Positions 39,237 through 48,594 of a DNA stretch of 64,000 bases are shown piece after piece. Source of the DNA: Candidatus Moraniibacteriota bacterium (GTDB taxonomy: Bacteria > Patescibacteriota > Minisyncoccia > Moranbacterales > GWC2-37-73); assembly GCA_003507445.1 (NCBI GenBank), contig DNVR01000019.1, positions 142,132 to 206,131 on the forward strand, in the 5' to 3' direction. Positions within the stretch are counted from its first letter, which is position 1. The number at the start of each line of letters is the position of its first letter. The position numbers and the translations under genes were made by a program. A model generated the notes under the pieces. That model worked only from the letters and a program-made list of their open reading frames with translations. It did not search any database and had not been told where the DNA came from.

Positions 39237-41429
39237 ATGGCAGCAGGAACATTGGACGCAACTATATTTAATGATTTGCTTAACAAGCACACAGCACAAA
39301 TAAGTGCTGAGGTTGAAGTTGAAAAAGAAGACAAGAGAATTGCTAAATGGACACAGGAACACAAGGATAAATTGGCAATTGAAACTGAAGTGCTTGGCGA
39401 GCAGCGTGAAAAAGAGAATGAGATGTTCGAAACTGCTGCCAAGAGTCCTAAAAAAGGAATTGAAAAAAAAGATTCTGTTTTTGAGGGTGAGAGAAATTTC
39501 AAAAAATCCACAGATATGGCTGAAGCTGTTGATCCTCAAGAAAAAGCTCTCAGGGAAGCAAGAAAAATTTATGTCGAAACTGAATTCAAAGAACGAAATG
39601 CTCTTAGGGAAGTTAGGGGTTATTTTAGTCGGGCGCTTGGAAAGGAGGATAAGACAGAAACACCAAATATCGCTGCAGCTCGTATGGCTTATGAAAAATT
39701 ACGTAAAGAAAAGATGAATGGCGAGATTGCCAAACTCGAAAGTGGTACGCTCAAAGGAGATGCTTTGAATACTGAGATCAAGAAATTACTCACTTATTAT
39801 AATACTGGAGCTGCACTGGAATTATATAATGATAGAATTGCAGTAAAAACTGCGCAAAAAAAAGAAACCGAGGGAAAAACAAAGCTTAAAAATACTTGGG
39901 ACAAGGTAACGTTAAAGATGGATCAGGTTGCGGAATTTTATAATAAAAAAGTTCATTGGTCTATAAAAATTGGACTTGCTGCAACCTCTTGGTATCTTGG
40001 TGCTGGTGCATTTAAATCTGGAAAAAACATTTGGGGTGCTTTTATGATGGCAACAGCGGGAGGTGCGGCGTTGGATGGTGCGGCACAATTTACTGATAGT
40101 ATTCTTGATGGTAGGGCGGACAAAAAAAATCTTAAAGAAATTTCCAAAGAAGGTGGCGAGGTTGATTTTGAAAAATTGAGAGGAATCTTGAATCAAAAAA
40201 ATGAAGATATTAATAGAAAAGTTAATAAACATGTGATGCGGGCATATTTTAATAAGACGGTTGCAGTTTGTTTGGCAACAGTAATTGGAGTGCAGGCAGT
40301 TGAGGGCATGGCGCATGCTTTTGAAAAAATGACTGCAGCACCTCCCGTGGTTAGCACCGCTCCATCTGTAGATAATTGGCCAACTCCTCCAAGCACTGGT
40401 ATTCCTGTGGATTTAAAACCAGAATCACCTGAATATATAAAATGGGTGGCTGAACATGGTGGGAAGCCTCCAGTTTCAGCTCAAGATGCTGCTGCGCAAG
40501 CAAAAAAAGCTGCTGAAACTGTTGTTGGTGCTTCAAATAAAGCGGTTGAATCCTTAACAATAGAAAAAGGTTCAAGTATTGAAAAAACATTGATCGATCA
40601 TCTCAAGACTCATGGAATAAAAAATCCAGGAGCTGCAGCACATCGCATGTGGCTTGATTATATGCATGACAATAAAGCTGAGATAATTAAAAAAGTTGGA
40701 GACAATGAATATCACAAGATGCTAAAAGATGGAATGGTTAATGTTAAACCTGGAACGCATATTTTTATAAATGAAAATAATCCGTTGGAGATGAAATTGA
40801 GTAATATTGACGGGAAAATCTCACACCTGAATGGGCATCATTCTGTTGGCAGTGGCGGCGTTGAAAATGGGCAAGGTGTGGGCGCTAGTATTAAACCAAC
40901 TGATATTCCAAAGCCGTCAGCAGCTGCGGTGGTAGGAAATGCTGATGTCTTAGGGTACACTGGGGAAACTCAGCAAAATATTTCAACAGCAAAAGAAATG
41001 TTTAAAAGCGCTAATGCTGAATATATTCAAGCAGCCAATGATGCAACAGATCATCCCGCTGGAGGAGGTGGACCATCGGCATCTCAATATGAAGATATGG
41101 GTCGCGCTGATGAGGCGCGCAAATCGGCAGCTTTGACAGTTGAAAATTTAGCCAATGCAAAAGAGAATTGCTTTAAGGATATAAAAGCAGCGACGAATGG
41201 TATATATAAAGCTACTGGATACAAGTGGGATGATATTAAAAACTTGGATTATAGTTCTGCTTATGCTGATGATAAATTGCGTCCAATTATGAAAGAAATG
41301 GCAAAAGAATATAAAAAAGAATTTGGCAATACTAATAATTTTCCTAATAGTAATACCACTTTTGGGAAATGGCTTTACCGTGTAAAAGAGGTTACTATAA
41401 AAAAACGTTTAGGTATAAATATTGAATAA
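39237..41429 (+). CDS. Hypothetical large protein with central hydrophobic segments
   Basis: 730 aa. Charged N-terminal third, 2-3 predicted TM/hydrophobic helices (IGLAATSWYLGAGAF, GAFMMATAGGAALDGAA, VAVCLATVIGVQAV), Gly/Ala-rich C-terminal region. Confidence 0.45.
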   Translation: MAAGTLDATIFNDLLNKHTAQISAEVEVEKEDKRIAKWTQEHKDKLAIETEVLGEQREKENEMFETAAKSPKKGIEKKDSVFEGERNFKKSTDMAEAVDPQEKALREARKIYVETEFKERNALREVRGYFSRALGKEDKTETPNIAAARMAYEKLRKEKMNGEIAKLESGTLKGDALNTEIKKLLTYYNTGAALELYNDRIAVKTAQKKETEGKTKLKNTWDKVTLKMDQVAEFYNKKVHWSIKIGLAATSWYLGAGAFKSGKNIWGAFMMATAGGAALDGAAQFTDSILDGRADKKNLKEISKEGGEVDFEKLRGILNQKNEDINRKVNKHVMRAYFNKTVAVCLATVIGVQAVEGMAHAFEKMTAAPPVVSTAPSVDNWPTPPSTGIPVDLKPESPEYIKWVAEHGGKPPVSAQDAAAQAKKAAETVVGASNKAVESLTIEKGSSIEKTLIDHLKTHGIKNPGAAAHRMWLDYMHDNKAEIIKKVGDNEYHKMLKDGMVNVKPGTHIFINENNPLEMKLSNIDGKISHLNGHHSVGSGGVENGQGVGASIKPTDIPKPSAAAVVGNADVLGYTGETQQNISTAKEMFKSANAEYIQAANDATDHPAGGGGPSASQYEDMGRADEARKSAALTVENLANAKENCFKDIKAATNGIYKATGYKWDDIKNLDYSSAYADDKLRPIMKEMAKEYKKEFGNTNNFPNSNTTFGKWLYRVKEVTIKKRLGINIE

Positions 41430-41452
41430 AAATTAAACTAAATTAAAATTTT

Positions 41453-41767
41453 ATGGAAGAACATAATACTGCGCAAGCAGAAGCGCTGAGTCAATTGATT
41501 AAAGATTTGGGAATCGACACGCTTTCTCAAGACAAACAAAATGAACTCATCATTAAGATGACGGAAGTTTTGCTGAAGAGAATTTTTCTTGAGACAATGG
41601 ATAAGCTTGGAGAAGAGGGTCGCGAGGAATATGAAAAAATGTCCCAAGGCGAAGTCTCTCCATCGCAAGTAGAAGAATTTTTCAAAGAAAGAATTAATGA
41701 TTATGACGAAATGGTGCAGGGGATTATTGAGGAATTTAGGGGAGAGATGATGCAGGCAAACAAATAA
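41453..41767 (+). CDS. Hypothetical small acidic protein
   Basis: 104 aa, helical and acidic; tightly linked to upstream gene. Confidence 0.4.
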   Translation: MEEHNTAQAEALSQLIKDLGIDTLSQDKQNELIIKMTEVLLKRIFLETMDKLGEEGREEYEKMSQGEVSPSQVEEFFKERINDYDEMVQGIIEEFRGEMMQANK

Positions 41768-41866
41768 ACATGTAACATACAACATGTAACATGTAACAAA
41801 AAAATGCGTTGGTATCCTAGGTTGGATGTTATATGCTATATGTTATATGCTATATGGTGAGAATTT

Positions 41867-42304
41867 ATGAAAAGTAACTTAGAGCCGATTGAGGAAAGTG
41901 ATTTGGACTTGGAGGGTAAAATTAAAAATGGAAGTGTGGATTTTTCTCGTGAGGATGCCGTGCCTGTTTCTGCTATTGAACGTGAAGCGATAAAAGAAGT
42001 TAGTGCAGCTGAAAAGGATGCTGCTTATGGCAAAATTCTTTCCAAAGTTCAAACAGTGCAATCTGATGATGAATTGGATCAAACAGTCATTGCGTCTGAT
42101 GCGAAGACTGGTTACGAAAAAATGGATGCTGAGTCGCAGGTTCAGCACTTGGTTGATATTGCAGGGCAAAAAGGTGTTGTGCATGCTGTGAAAGTGGCTC
42201 AACATATGCAAGACAATTATATTCTCGACACTTTTCACGACCGTATGCTCGGCGAAGAACTGCACAATGCATTGGTGGAGAAGGGAATGATAAAGGAAAT
42301 CTAG
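41867..42304 (+). CDS. Hypothetical acidic protein
   Basis: 145-aa ORF, no domain recognised. Confidence 0.4.
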   Translation: MKSNLEPIEESDLDLEGKIKNGSVDFSREDAVPVSAIEREAIKEVSAAEKDAAYGKILSKVQTVQSDDELDQTVIASDAKTGYEKMDAESQVQHLVDIAGQKGVVHAVKVAQHMQDNYILDTFHDRMLGEELHNALVEKGMIKEI

Positions 42305-42475
42305 GATTTCAAGGTCTAAATACTAAAGACTAAAGACTAAATCAAGATTAAATTTAAAAAAGTTTAAAGTATTGCGTTTGTTTATATTTTAAACTTTAGA
42401 TTTGATTTAGTAATTAGACTTCAGACTTTAGAATTAAAAAATATAAACAAAAAATACAAATAAAAAATATTTTTC

Positions 42476-44962
42476 ATGAATACTCTCGACCTCAACACCA
42501 TCCTCATCCCTTTGCTTTGGGTTTTTGCCACACTGACTCTTTTTAGTGGTGCTTTTTTGGTTGTGCGAAGTTTTTTGAATTATCGTGCTCAAATCAATCG
42601 TTCGATGAATATGGACTTGGAAGTTGTGCGAGTGACAAAAATTTTCAAGGAAAAAGGCGAGCGAAGTGAAAATGGCGAAGCTTGGAAAGAAGAAATTGGT
42701 GCGATGGAACAATTGCTCACGACACTTTCTAATATTAAAGAAAAAAAATCACTCTGGGCTCATTTTTTGTATAGCGAGCCATATATGGCACTTGAAATTG
42801 CCAATCCTTGTGGAAATGAGGAAATTTCTTTTTATTTGGCAGTGCCAAAGAAATTTCGTGACAGCATTGAGAAGCAAGTTCATTCATATTTCCCACATGC
42901 TTCTATTGAAAAAATTCCAGATTATACGATTTTTTCACCAGGGAGTTTTACTGCTGCTGCAACACTTGGACTTAAACGTTCATATGCTTTGCCAGTTCTT
43001 ACATATGAAAATATTGATGTTGACCCGCTCAATGAAATTTCAAATGCGCTTAGTAAGCTGCAAACAGAAGGGGAAGGTGCGGCGATTCAGATTGTTTTGC
43101 GTCCTGCGGGAAAAAATTGGCGAAAATTGGGAAGAGGAATTGCACACAAGATGCAACAAGGAAAACAACTTAAGGATGCACATTCAAATTCGATCGCAAT
43201 GGAACTTGGAAAAGGTATGGTGCAAGTGATTCAAAATAAGCCAAAGGAAGAAATTCTGCACAAGGATTCAGTGCAGCTTACTCCGGAAGAACAGGAACTT
43301 GTAAAAAAAATTGAAGCAAAATCTGGCAAGGCTGGATTCAAAGCTAACATTCGTTTGCTTGCATCTGCAATGACTCAACAGAAGGCGGATGAAATTTTGG
43401 CGCATATGGAAAATGCTTTTGCGCAATTTGAAAATCACGACGTCAACCATTTTGTGGTGCAAAAAAGAATTAAATCCAAGAAAATATCTTTTGATTATAT
43501 CTTCAGAAATTTTGATGAAGATCATTCTATCATTTTGTCTACTGAGGAAATTGCCAGTATTTTTCATTTTCCAATTTCTACCACTGAAACACCAAAAATT
43601 AAATGGTTGAAAGCTGGAGCTGCACCACCACCACTTAATATTCCAAAAGAAGGATTGGTTCTTGGATATAATGATTATCGTGGAGTAAAAACCGACATCA
43701 GACTTAGTGATGGAGACAGACGAAGGCATTTGTATACTATCGGTCAAACTGGTGTTGGTAAGTCAAATTTCTTGCAGGAAATGGCCAAACAAGATGCGCG
43801 TGACGGCAAAGGATTTTGCTTTATTGATCCACACGGAGATGCGATTGAAGATATTTTAACTGCCATTCCGAAGGAACGCGCGGAAGATGTGATTGTGTTT
43901 GATCCATCTGATATGGAAAGACCCTTTGGACTTAATATGCTGGAATATGACCCGAGTCATCCCGAGCAAAAAACTTTTGTGATTAATGAAATGATTGGTA
44001 TTTTTGATCAGTTGTATGATTTGAAAGCTACAGGTGGTCCGATGTTTGAACAATATGTGCGAAATGCGATGCTCCTTATTATGGAAGATCCTGAATCAGG
44101 CTCAACGCTGATGGAAATTTCCAAAGTTTTGGCTGATGAAGATTTCCGCAAAATGAAATTGTCCAAGTGTAATAATCCCGTAGTTTCAGATTTTTGGATC
44201 AAGGAAGCTGAGAAAGCTGGTGGGGAAGCAGCACTTGCTAATATGGTTCCGTATATCACTTCCAAGCTTACCACCTTTGTTTCTAATGATATGATGCGTC
44301 CAATCATCGCACAGCAAAAAAGTACAATCAATTTTCGTGAAGTGATGGATTCTGGCAAAATTTTGTTGGTAAAACTTTCCAAAGGAAAGATTGGAGAAAT
44401 CAATGCACATCTTTTGGGAATGGTTATTGTGGGAAAAATTTTAATGAACGCGCTGGCGCGCGGTGATATGCCTGAAGATCAGCGTCGCGATTTTTATCTT
44501 TATTTGGATGAATTTCAAAATGTCACAACTGAATCGATTTCTCAAATTCTTTCTGAAGCGCGAAAATATCGTTTGTGTTTGATTATTGCACATCAATTTA
44601 TTGGGCAACTTAAAGAAGAAATTTCCAAGGCAGTTTTTGGTAACGTTGGTTCGATGGTGGCTCTGCGAGTTGGACCAGAAGATGCAGAGTTTTTGGAAAA
44701 ACAATTCGAACCGATTTTTACTGCCAATGATTTGGTTAATGTGGATAATTATAGTGGCTTTACGCGAATGCTTGTTAATGGGGAACTTTCCAAGCCATTT
44801 AATATTAAATTTTATCCACCAACCAGGGGCAATCAAGAAGCTGCCAATTATCTCAAAGAGCTGTCACGCCTCAAATATGGACGCGACGCTGCTATTGTGA
44901 ACCGTGAAATTATGCAACGCGCCCAATTTGCACGTAGCGCAATGAAAGAGTCAGCTTTCTAA
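42476..44962 (+). CDS. Membrane-anchored TrwB/TraD/VirD4-like (type IV coupling protein family) P-loop ATPase
   Basis: N-terminal TM (LIPLLWVFATLTLFSGAFLVV). Walker A YTIGQTGVGKSNF followed by FIDPHGD (compare TrwB VIVDPNGD). Distant Walker B LYLDEFQNV. Confidence 0.65.
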   Translation: MNTLDLNTILIPLLWVFATLTLFSGAFLVVRSFLNYRAQINRSMNMDLEVVRVTKIFKEKGERSENGEAWKEEIGAMEQLLTTLSNIKEKKSLWAHFLYSEPYMALEIANPCGNEEISFYLAVPKKFRDSIEKQVHSYFPHASIEKIPDYTIFSPGSFTAAATLGLKRSYALPVLTYENIDVDPLNEISNALSKLQTEGEGAAIQIVLRPAGKNWRKLGRGIAHKMQQGKQLKDAHSNSIAMELGKGMVQVIQNKPKEEILHKDSVQLTPEEQELVKKIEAKSGKAGFKANIRLLASAMTQQKADEILAHMENAFAQFENHDVNHFVVQKRIKSKKISFDYIFRNFDEDHSIILSTEEIASIFHFPISTTETPKIKWLKAGAAPPPLNIPKEGLVLGYNDYRGVKTDIRLSDGDRRRHLYTIGQTGVGKSNFLQEMAKQDARDGKGFCFIDPHGDAIEDILTAIPKERAEDVIVFDPSDMERPFGLNMLEYDPSHPEQKTFVINEMIGIFDQLYDLKATGGPMFEQYVRNAMLLIMEDPESGSTLMEISKVLADEDFRKMKLSKCNNPVVSDFWIKEAEKAGGEAALANMVPYITSKLTTFVSNDMMRPIIAQQKSTINFREVMDSGKILLVKLSKGKIGEINAHLLGMVIVGKILMNALARGDMPEDQRRDFYLYLDEFQNVTTESISQILSEARKYRLCLIIAHQFIGQLKEEISKAVFGNVGSMVALRVGPEDAEFLEKQFEPIFTANDLVNVDNYSGFTRMLVNGELSKPFNIKFYPPTRGNQEAANYLKELSRLKYGRDAAIVNREIMQRAQFARSAMKESAF

Positions 44963-45014
44963 AAGGTTTTAGGTGTTAGGTACTAGGTTCTAGGTTTTAG
45001 AAAAATTCATACAG

Positions 45015-45044
45015 CAAAAAACGGCTATCGTTAGCCGTTTTTTG
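45015..45044 (+). terminator. Rho-independent terminator aaaaaacggctatcgttagccgtttttt
   Basis: Stem cggcta/tagccg with A/T flanks after the ATPase gene. Confidence 0.6.
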
Positions 45045-45053
45045 TGTTGTTAT

Positions 45054-45125
45054 TGACTTTTTATCAATTTGGGTGTATAATATAAAGATAGTGTCCACAC
45101 GTTTTAAAAACGTGTGGATTTTTTA
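45054..45125 (+). promoter_or_regulatory. Consensus-like promoter TTGACT-N16-TATAAT immediately followed by hairpin+T-run (tccacacgtttt-aaaaa-cgtgtgga-tttttt)
   Basis: Seen directly. Would give a transcript of about 40 nt; alternatively an antisense/attenuated unit facing the 3' end of the 874-aa gene. Confidence 0.4.
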
Positions 45126-47747
45126 TTGAAGCGTAACTGAAATCAGTCCAGCTAAAGTTGCAATGTATGCGAGTTTGTTTTGTTCGTCGACTGTCAATGA
45201 AAGCGCATCTTTGAAGGCTTCATTGTGGTATTGCACAAGGATGTTCCCGTCTTTGCTATATGAAACTAGGCGCGAGTTTTGTGTGTCTAGTACATAGAGG
45301 TTTTGCAAGTCCGGAGTTGTGTATATTTTATCAAAGTTAATAGGTGTGGTGGATGCTTCAAGTGTGAAATCGACAACTTTTCCTTTGAAGAATTTTAAAA
45401 CTTTATTATCGGAAATCGCATAAATGTTGTCGTCGATTGTTATTTCTGAAACATTTGCAAGAGATGTTGAATCTTTGAGCCAACTTGTTTTTTCGCCAAA
45501 TCCACCGTCTGCGCGTGGGAAGCGATAAATTTGATTGTTTTTTTGATCAAGCACATATAAATATGTTAGATATGTTCCAATTGGACTTCCTGATGAAATG
45601 TTGGATAAATCGATGTTGTTGCTTGCAAACTTTTCTGAAATTGGACTGAAGGAAAGAATTTTGTTGCTGTCCGTGAAGATTAAAACAAGGGACAAGTCTT
45701 TCATATATGTTGCGGAAATAGCAGCTCCGGAGTCAGCAGGAATCGGAAATTCTTTCGGCTCTTTGTTTTGCAAAACAATAACGCTGTTTTTTGTAACCAC
45801 TGTTGGATTGTTGTTTGCGATCAAAGCGGTAACGATATTTGAGTTTGATAAAATTGCTTGAATTTGTGTGTTGAAATCAATATTTTTGTCATTTGCCAAT
45901 GCTCCTATTTGGGTCAAAGGCGCATCTTGAAGTTCAACAATTGTTGGAGCTTTTGGTCTGTTCAAGAAACGCACAATGAAAAGAGGTGCGATAAAAATAA
46001 GGGCTAGTGCAAAAAGAATAAACAGTTTTTGTTTTCCTGAAAAATGTGAAAATAATTTTCCAATTTTTGAAAAATGCGGAGTTATGATGGTTGTTAATTG
46101 ACTTGGCTTTGCAATACCAGACCTTCTTTTTGCTATTGCTCTAATTTTGCTTAGTCCAATTTTTGTGTGCGCAATTAATTTTTTTGATAGTGGTAGTATT
46201 TTTTTAATATTTTCCAAAGCCAACATCTTAAGTTTCGTTGTTTTGGATGTTGTTTCAACATTTTCAAATTGTATTTCTGGCTGGATGAGGATTTCTTCTT
46301 CTAATGTCTCGGTTTCCTTTGCGGTTTTGTTTTTCAGATCAATAACAGCGTTTCCTTGCTGCTCTAGTCTTGCTAAACGAAGTTTTTCTTTGAAGCTTAA
46401 TTGTGAATCTGCAGTTGGTTGGCTCTCTGGTTCTTCTGCGCCGATATCTGCAACTTTAATTTTTGCTGCTGTTTTTTTCTTGGCTATTTCAGCTTTTGCG
46501 AGAATATTTTCTTGTGCAAGATTTTCTTGTTGACGCTTGTTTTCTTCCTCAAGATGAAGTTTGGCAAGTTGCTGCTCCTCGGCGATTTGTTGTTCGCGCT
46601 GAATTTCTTGCAAAACCCTTTCTTCTTCAAGACGTTTTGCCTCTTCGGCTGCAAGAAGCTGTTGTTTTTCTTTTTCAATTCTGCGAAGCTCTCTTCTTTT
46701 TGCTAATTGTTTTTTGTATAAAGAAAAACGTTTTCGAATTTCATTTTTGGTTAAATATGATCCTTGGGAGATTTTTTCTTTGATCATATCCCAATACAAA
46801 TTCATTTGGGGATTGGTGTTCTCATTGTTTTCATTGACCTCGCCCTGAACGTATATGTGCCCGGTTTTTTCATCGGTATATTCTTGTTCAGCATCTGCCG
46901 GCAGTATTGTCATTTCTAATTCATTTTCTTGTGCCAAGGTTTCAGTGTCTTTGGCGCTGGCAAAAGATTGTTGGCTGAAAGCATTGACTGCCTTGGGAGA
47001 TTTTTTGCGAGGCAGTGCCTTGGTTGCTGCAGCAGGAACCACTTCAGTCATTTCGACAACCACCGAAGCAATCATTTCTATTTGGTTTGAAAGTGCGGTT
47101 TTCAAAAATTGCACAAATTTGTCTCCTTCAAATCGTTGGAAATTCTTTTTGATTTCAGCAATTGGCAAAATATGAAAAATATCTGCCGAGGTTATCAGCA
47201 TTCGATCATTTTTTTCAAGGCGTCCGCTGGAAACATTAACAAAAGTCTTGAGTGGGTGTGGCTCAAGGGAATCTGAGGCGAGATCCTCACTTATCTCGGA
47301 AAGACTTTGGTTTCTATATAAAAAGATTTTAGCATCGCCTGAAACACTGAAATGCGCATTGTTTTTTTCTAACACACAAATTGCGGCGTTTATTTTGCCT
47401 AGCCATTCAACGTTCCCGTGTTTGGCTAATTCAGAAAGTGCAATGTTCACTTTGTGTAGGGCACTGTCCAAGCTTTCCGTGACTGGTCTTTTTGGATTTA
47501 TATAATATTCCTTTTTTAAAACAGAGGTTAAAAAGTTCACAACATATGCAGATTCATCGGAGAATTCTTTGACTTCAAAAAAGCCAACAAGCGAGCCGAG
47601 CGGTTGCTGGTAGATGTTTTCTGGTGCGTATTCAAATAATTCCACGTATGGTTTTAGGGAGGAATTGTTGACAACCAAAATTGGGGAAATTGTTTTTTCC
47701 AGTTCTTTTATCACATCTTTGTTTTTATCGGAGTTTCTTGGGGACAT
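45123..47747 (-). CDS. Hypothetical single-pass membrane protein (cytoplasmic domain + Glu/Gln coiled coil + TM + extracytoplasmic beta-repeat domain)
   Basis: TM LFILFALALIFIAPLFIV near aa 560; EEERVLQEIQREQQIAEEQQ coiled coil; C-terminal repeats resembling beta-propeller blades. Confidence 0.5.
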   Translation of the reverse strand: MSPRNSDKNKDVIKELEKTISPILVVNNSSLKPYVELFEYAPENIYQQPLGSLVGFFEVKEFSDESAYVVNFLTSVLKKEYYINPKRPVTESLDSALHKVNIALSELAKHGNVEWLGKINAAICVLEKNNAHFSVSGDAKIFLYRNQSLSEISEDLASDSLEPHPLKTFVNVSSGRLEKNDRMLITSADIFHILPIAEIKKNFQRFEGDKFVQFLKTALSNQIEMIASVVVEMTEVVPAAATKALPRKKSPKAVNAFSQQSFASAKDTETLAQENELEMTILPADAEQEYTDEKTGHIYVQGEVNENNENTNPQMNLYWDMIKEKISQGSYLTKNEIRKRFSLYKKQLAKRRELRRIEKEKQQLLAAEEAKRLEEERVLQEIQREQQIAEEQQLAKLHLEEENKRQQENLAQENILAKAEIAKKKTAAKIKVADIGAEEPESQPTADSQLSFKEKLRLARLEQQGNAVIDLKNKTAKETETLEEEILIQPEIQFENVETTSKTTKLKMLALENIKKILPLSKKLIAHTKIGLSKIRAIAKRRSGIAKPSQLTTIITPHFSKIGKLFSHFSGKQKLFILFALALIFIAPLFIVRFLNRPKAPTIVELQDAPLTQIGALANDKNIDFNTQIQAILSNSNIVTALIANNNPTVVTKNSVIVLQNKEPKEFPIPADSGAAISATYMKDLSLVLIFTDSNKILSFSPISEKFASNNIDLSNISSGSPIGTYLTYLYVLDQKNNQIYRFPRADGGFGEKTSWLKDSTSLANVSEITIDDNIYAISDNKVLKFFKGKVVDFTLEASTTPINFDKIYTTPDLQNLYVLDTQNSRLVSYSKDGNILVQYHNEAFKDALSLTVDEQNKLAYIATLAGLISVTLQ

Positions 47748-47938
47748 TGGTTTTTTTGTGGTATAAAAAAGCCCTCAAGTATCTTTCTATATAATATAGC
47801 AATTTTCATTCAAATGCAATTAGCTCGGGAAGGGCTGTGATTTGAGGTTTACTTTTAATTTTATTGATTGTATAATGGCAATATTGCTGCTTTTAAGAGC
47901 AGGAGAAATACTTAATTTCTATTAATACTGTCAAACTT

Positions 47939-48544
47939 ATGTCGGAAATCCTTGAAGTGCTATTCGGTTCAAAAGCAAAAACCAGAATCCTGAGATTTTT
48001 TTTGCTTAACTCGGAAAAAGAATACAGCGTTGCTGATATTGCAAAGAAAAATATGCTGGCAACAGCTTCTGTGCGAAAAGAGATAGGCGAGCTTAAGAAA
48101 ATAAAATTTTTGGTTGAAAAAACAAAAAAAGGATCAAAATATTATACACTCGATCAAGATTTTTGTTTTTATTCTGAACTCAAAAGTTTGTTTGCAAAAT
48201 CAACTGCTTCGCCTGAATCCAAAAGTTTGTCACGATTGAAAAACATTGGGGATGTGAAACTTGCATTGGTAAGTGGCATTTTTCTTAATTATCCAAAAAG
48301 TAAGGTGGATATGGTTTTGGTTGCAAACAATGTCAGTCGCGGAAAATTGAAAAGTGTTATGAGCAGCTTGGAGGCTGAAATTGGGAAAGAGGTGAGTTTT
48401 GTGTTGATGAATAGTGATGAATTTAAATATCGCTTGGATATGCTTGATCGTTTCTTGTTGGATTTCATCGAAGGATCTCATTTGGAATTAATCGACAAAA
48501 TCCCTGGGCTCAAAAGATTTATTGCTGGTCGTAAAAAATACTAA
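47939..48544 (+). CDS. Winged-helix DNA-binding protein (ArsR/MarR-like N-terminus) with uncharacterised C-terminal domain
   Basis: TRILRFFLLNSEKEYSVADIAKKNMLATASVRKEIGELKKIKFL is an HTH pattern. Confidence 0.45.
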   Translation: MSEILEVLFGSKAKTRILRFFLLNSEKEYSVADIAKKNMLATASVRKEIGELKKIKFLVEKTKKGSKYYTLDQDFCFYSELKSLFAKSTASPESKSLSRLKNIGDVKLALVSGIFLNYPKSKVDMVLVANNVSRGKLKSVMSSLEAEIGKEVSFVLMNSDEFKYRLDMLDRFLLDFIEGSHLELIDKIPGLKRFIAGRKKY

Positions 48545-48594
48545 ATTCTACGAATTACAAATAATTACAAATTTACAAATATACAAAAACAAAT

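Noticed and set aside
35051-45044. Integrative conjugative element (ICE) interpretation for the TrwB-like block
   Set aside because: The window shows no integrase, relaxase, VirB4, pilin or direct att repeats flanking the block. Only the coupling-protein-like ATPase is conjugation-related.
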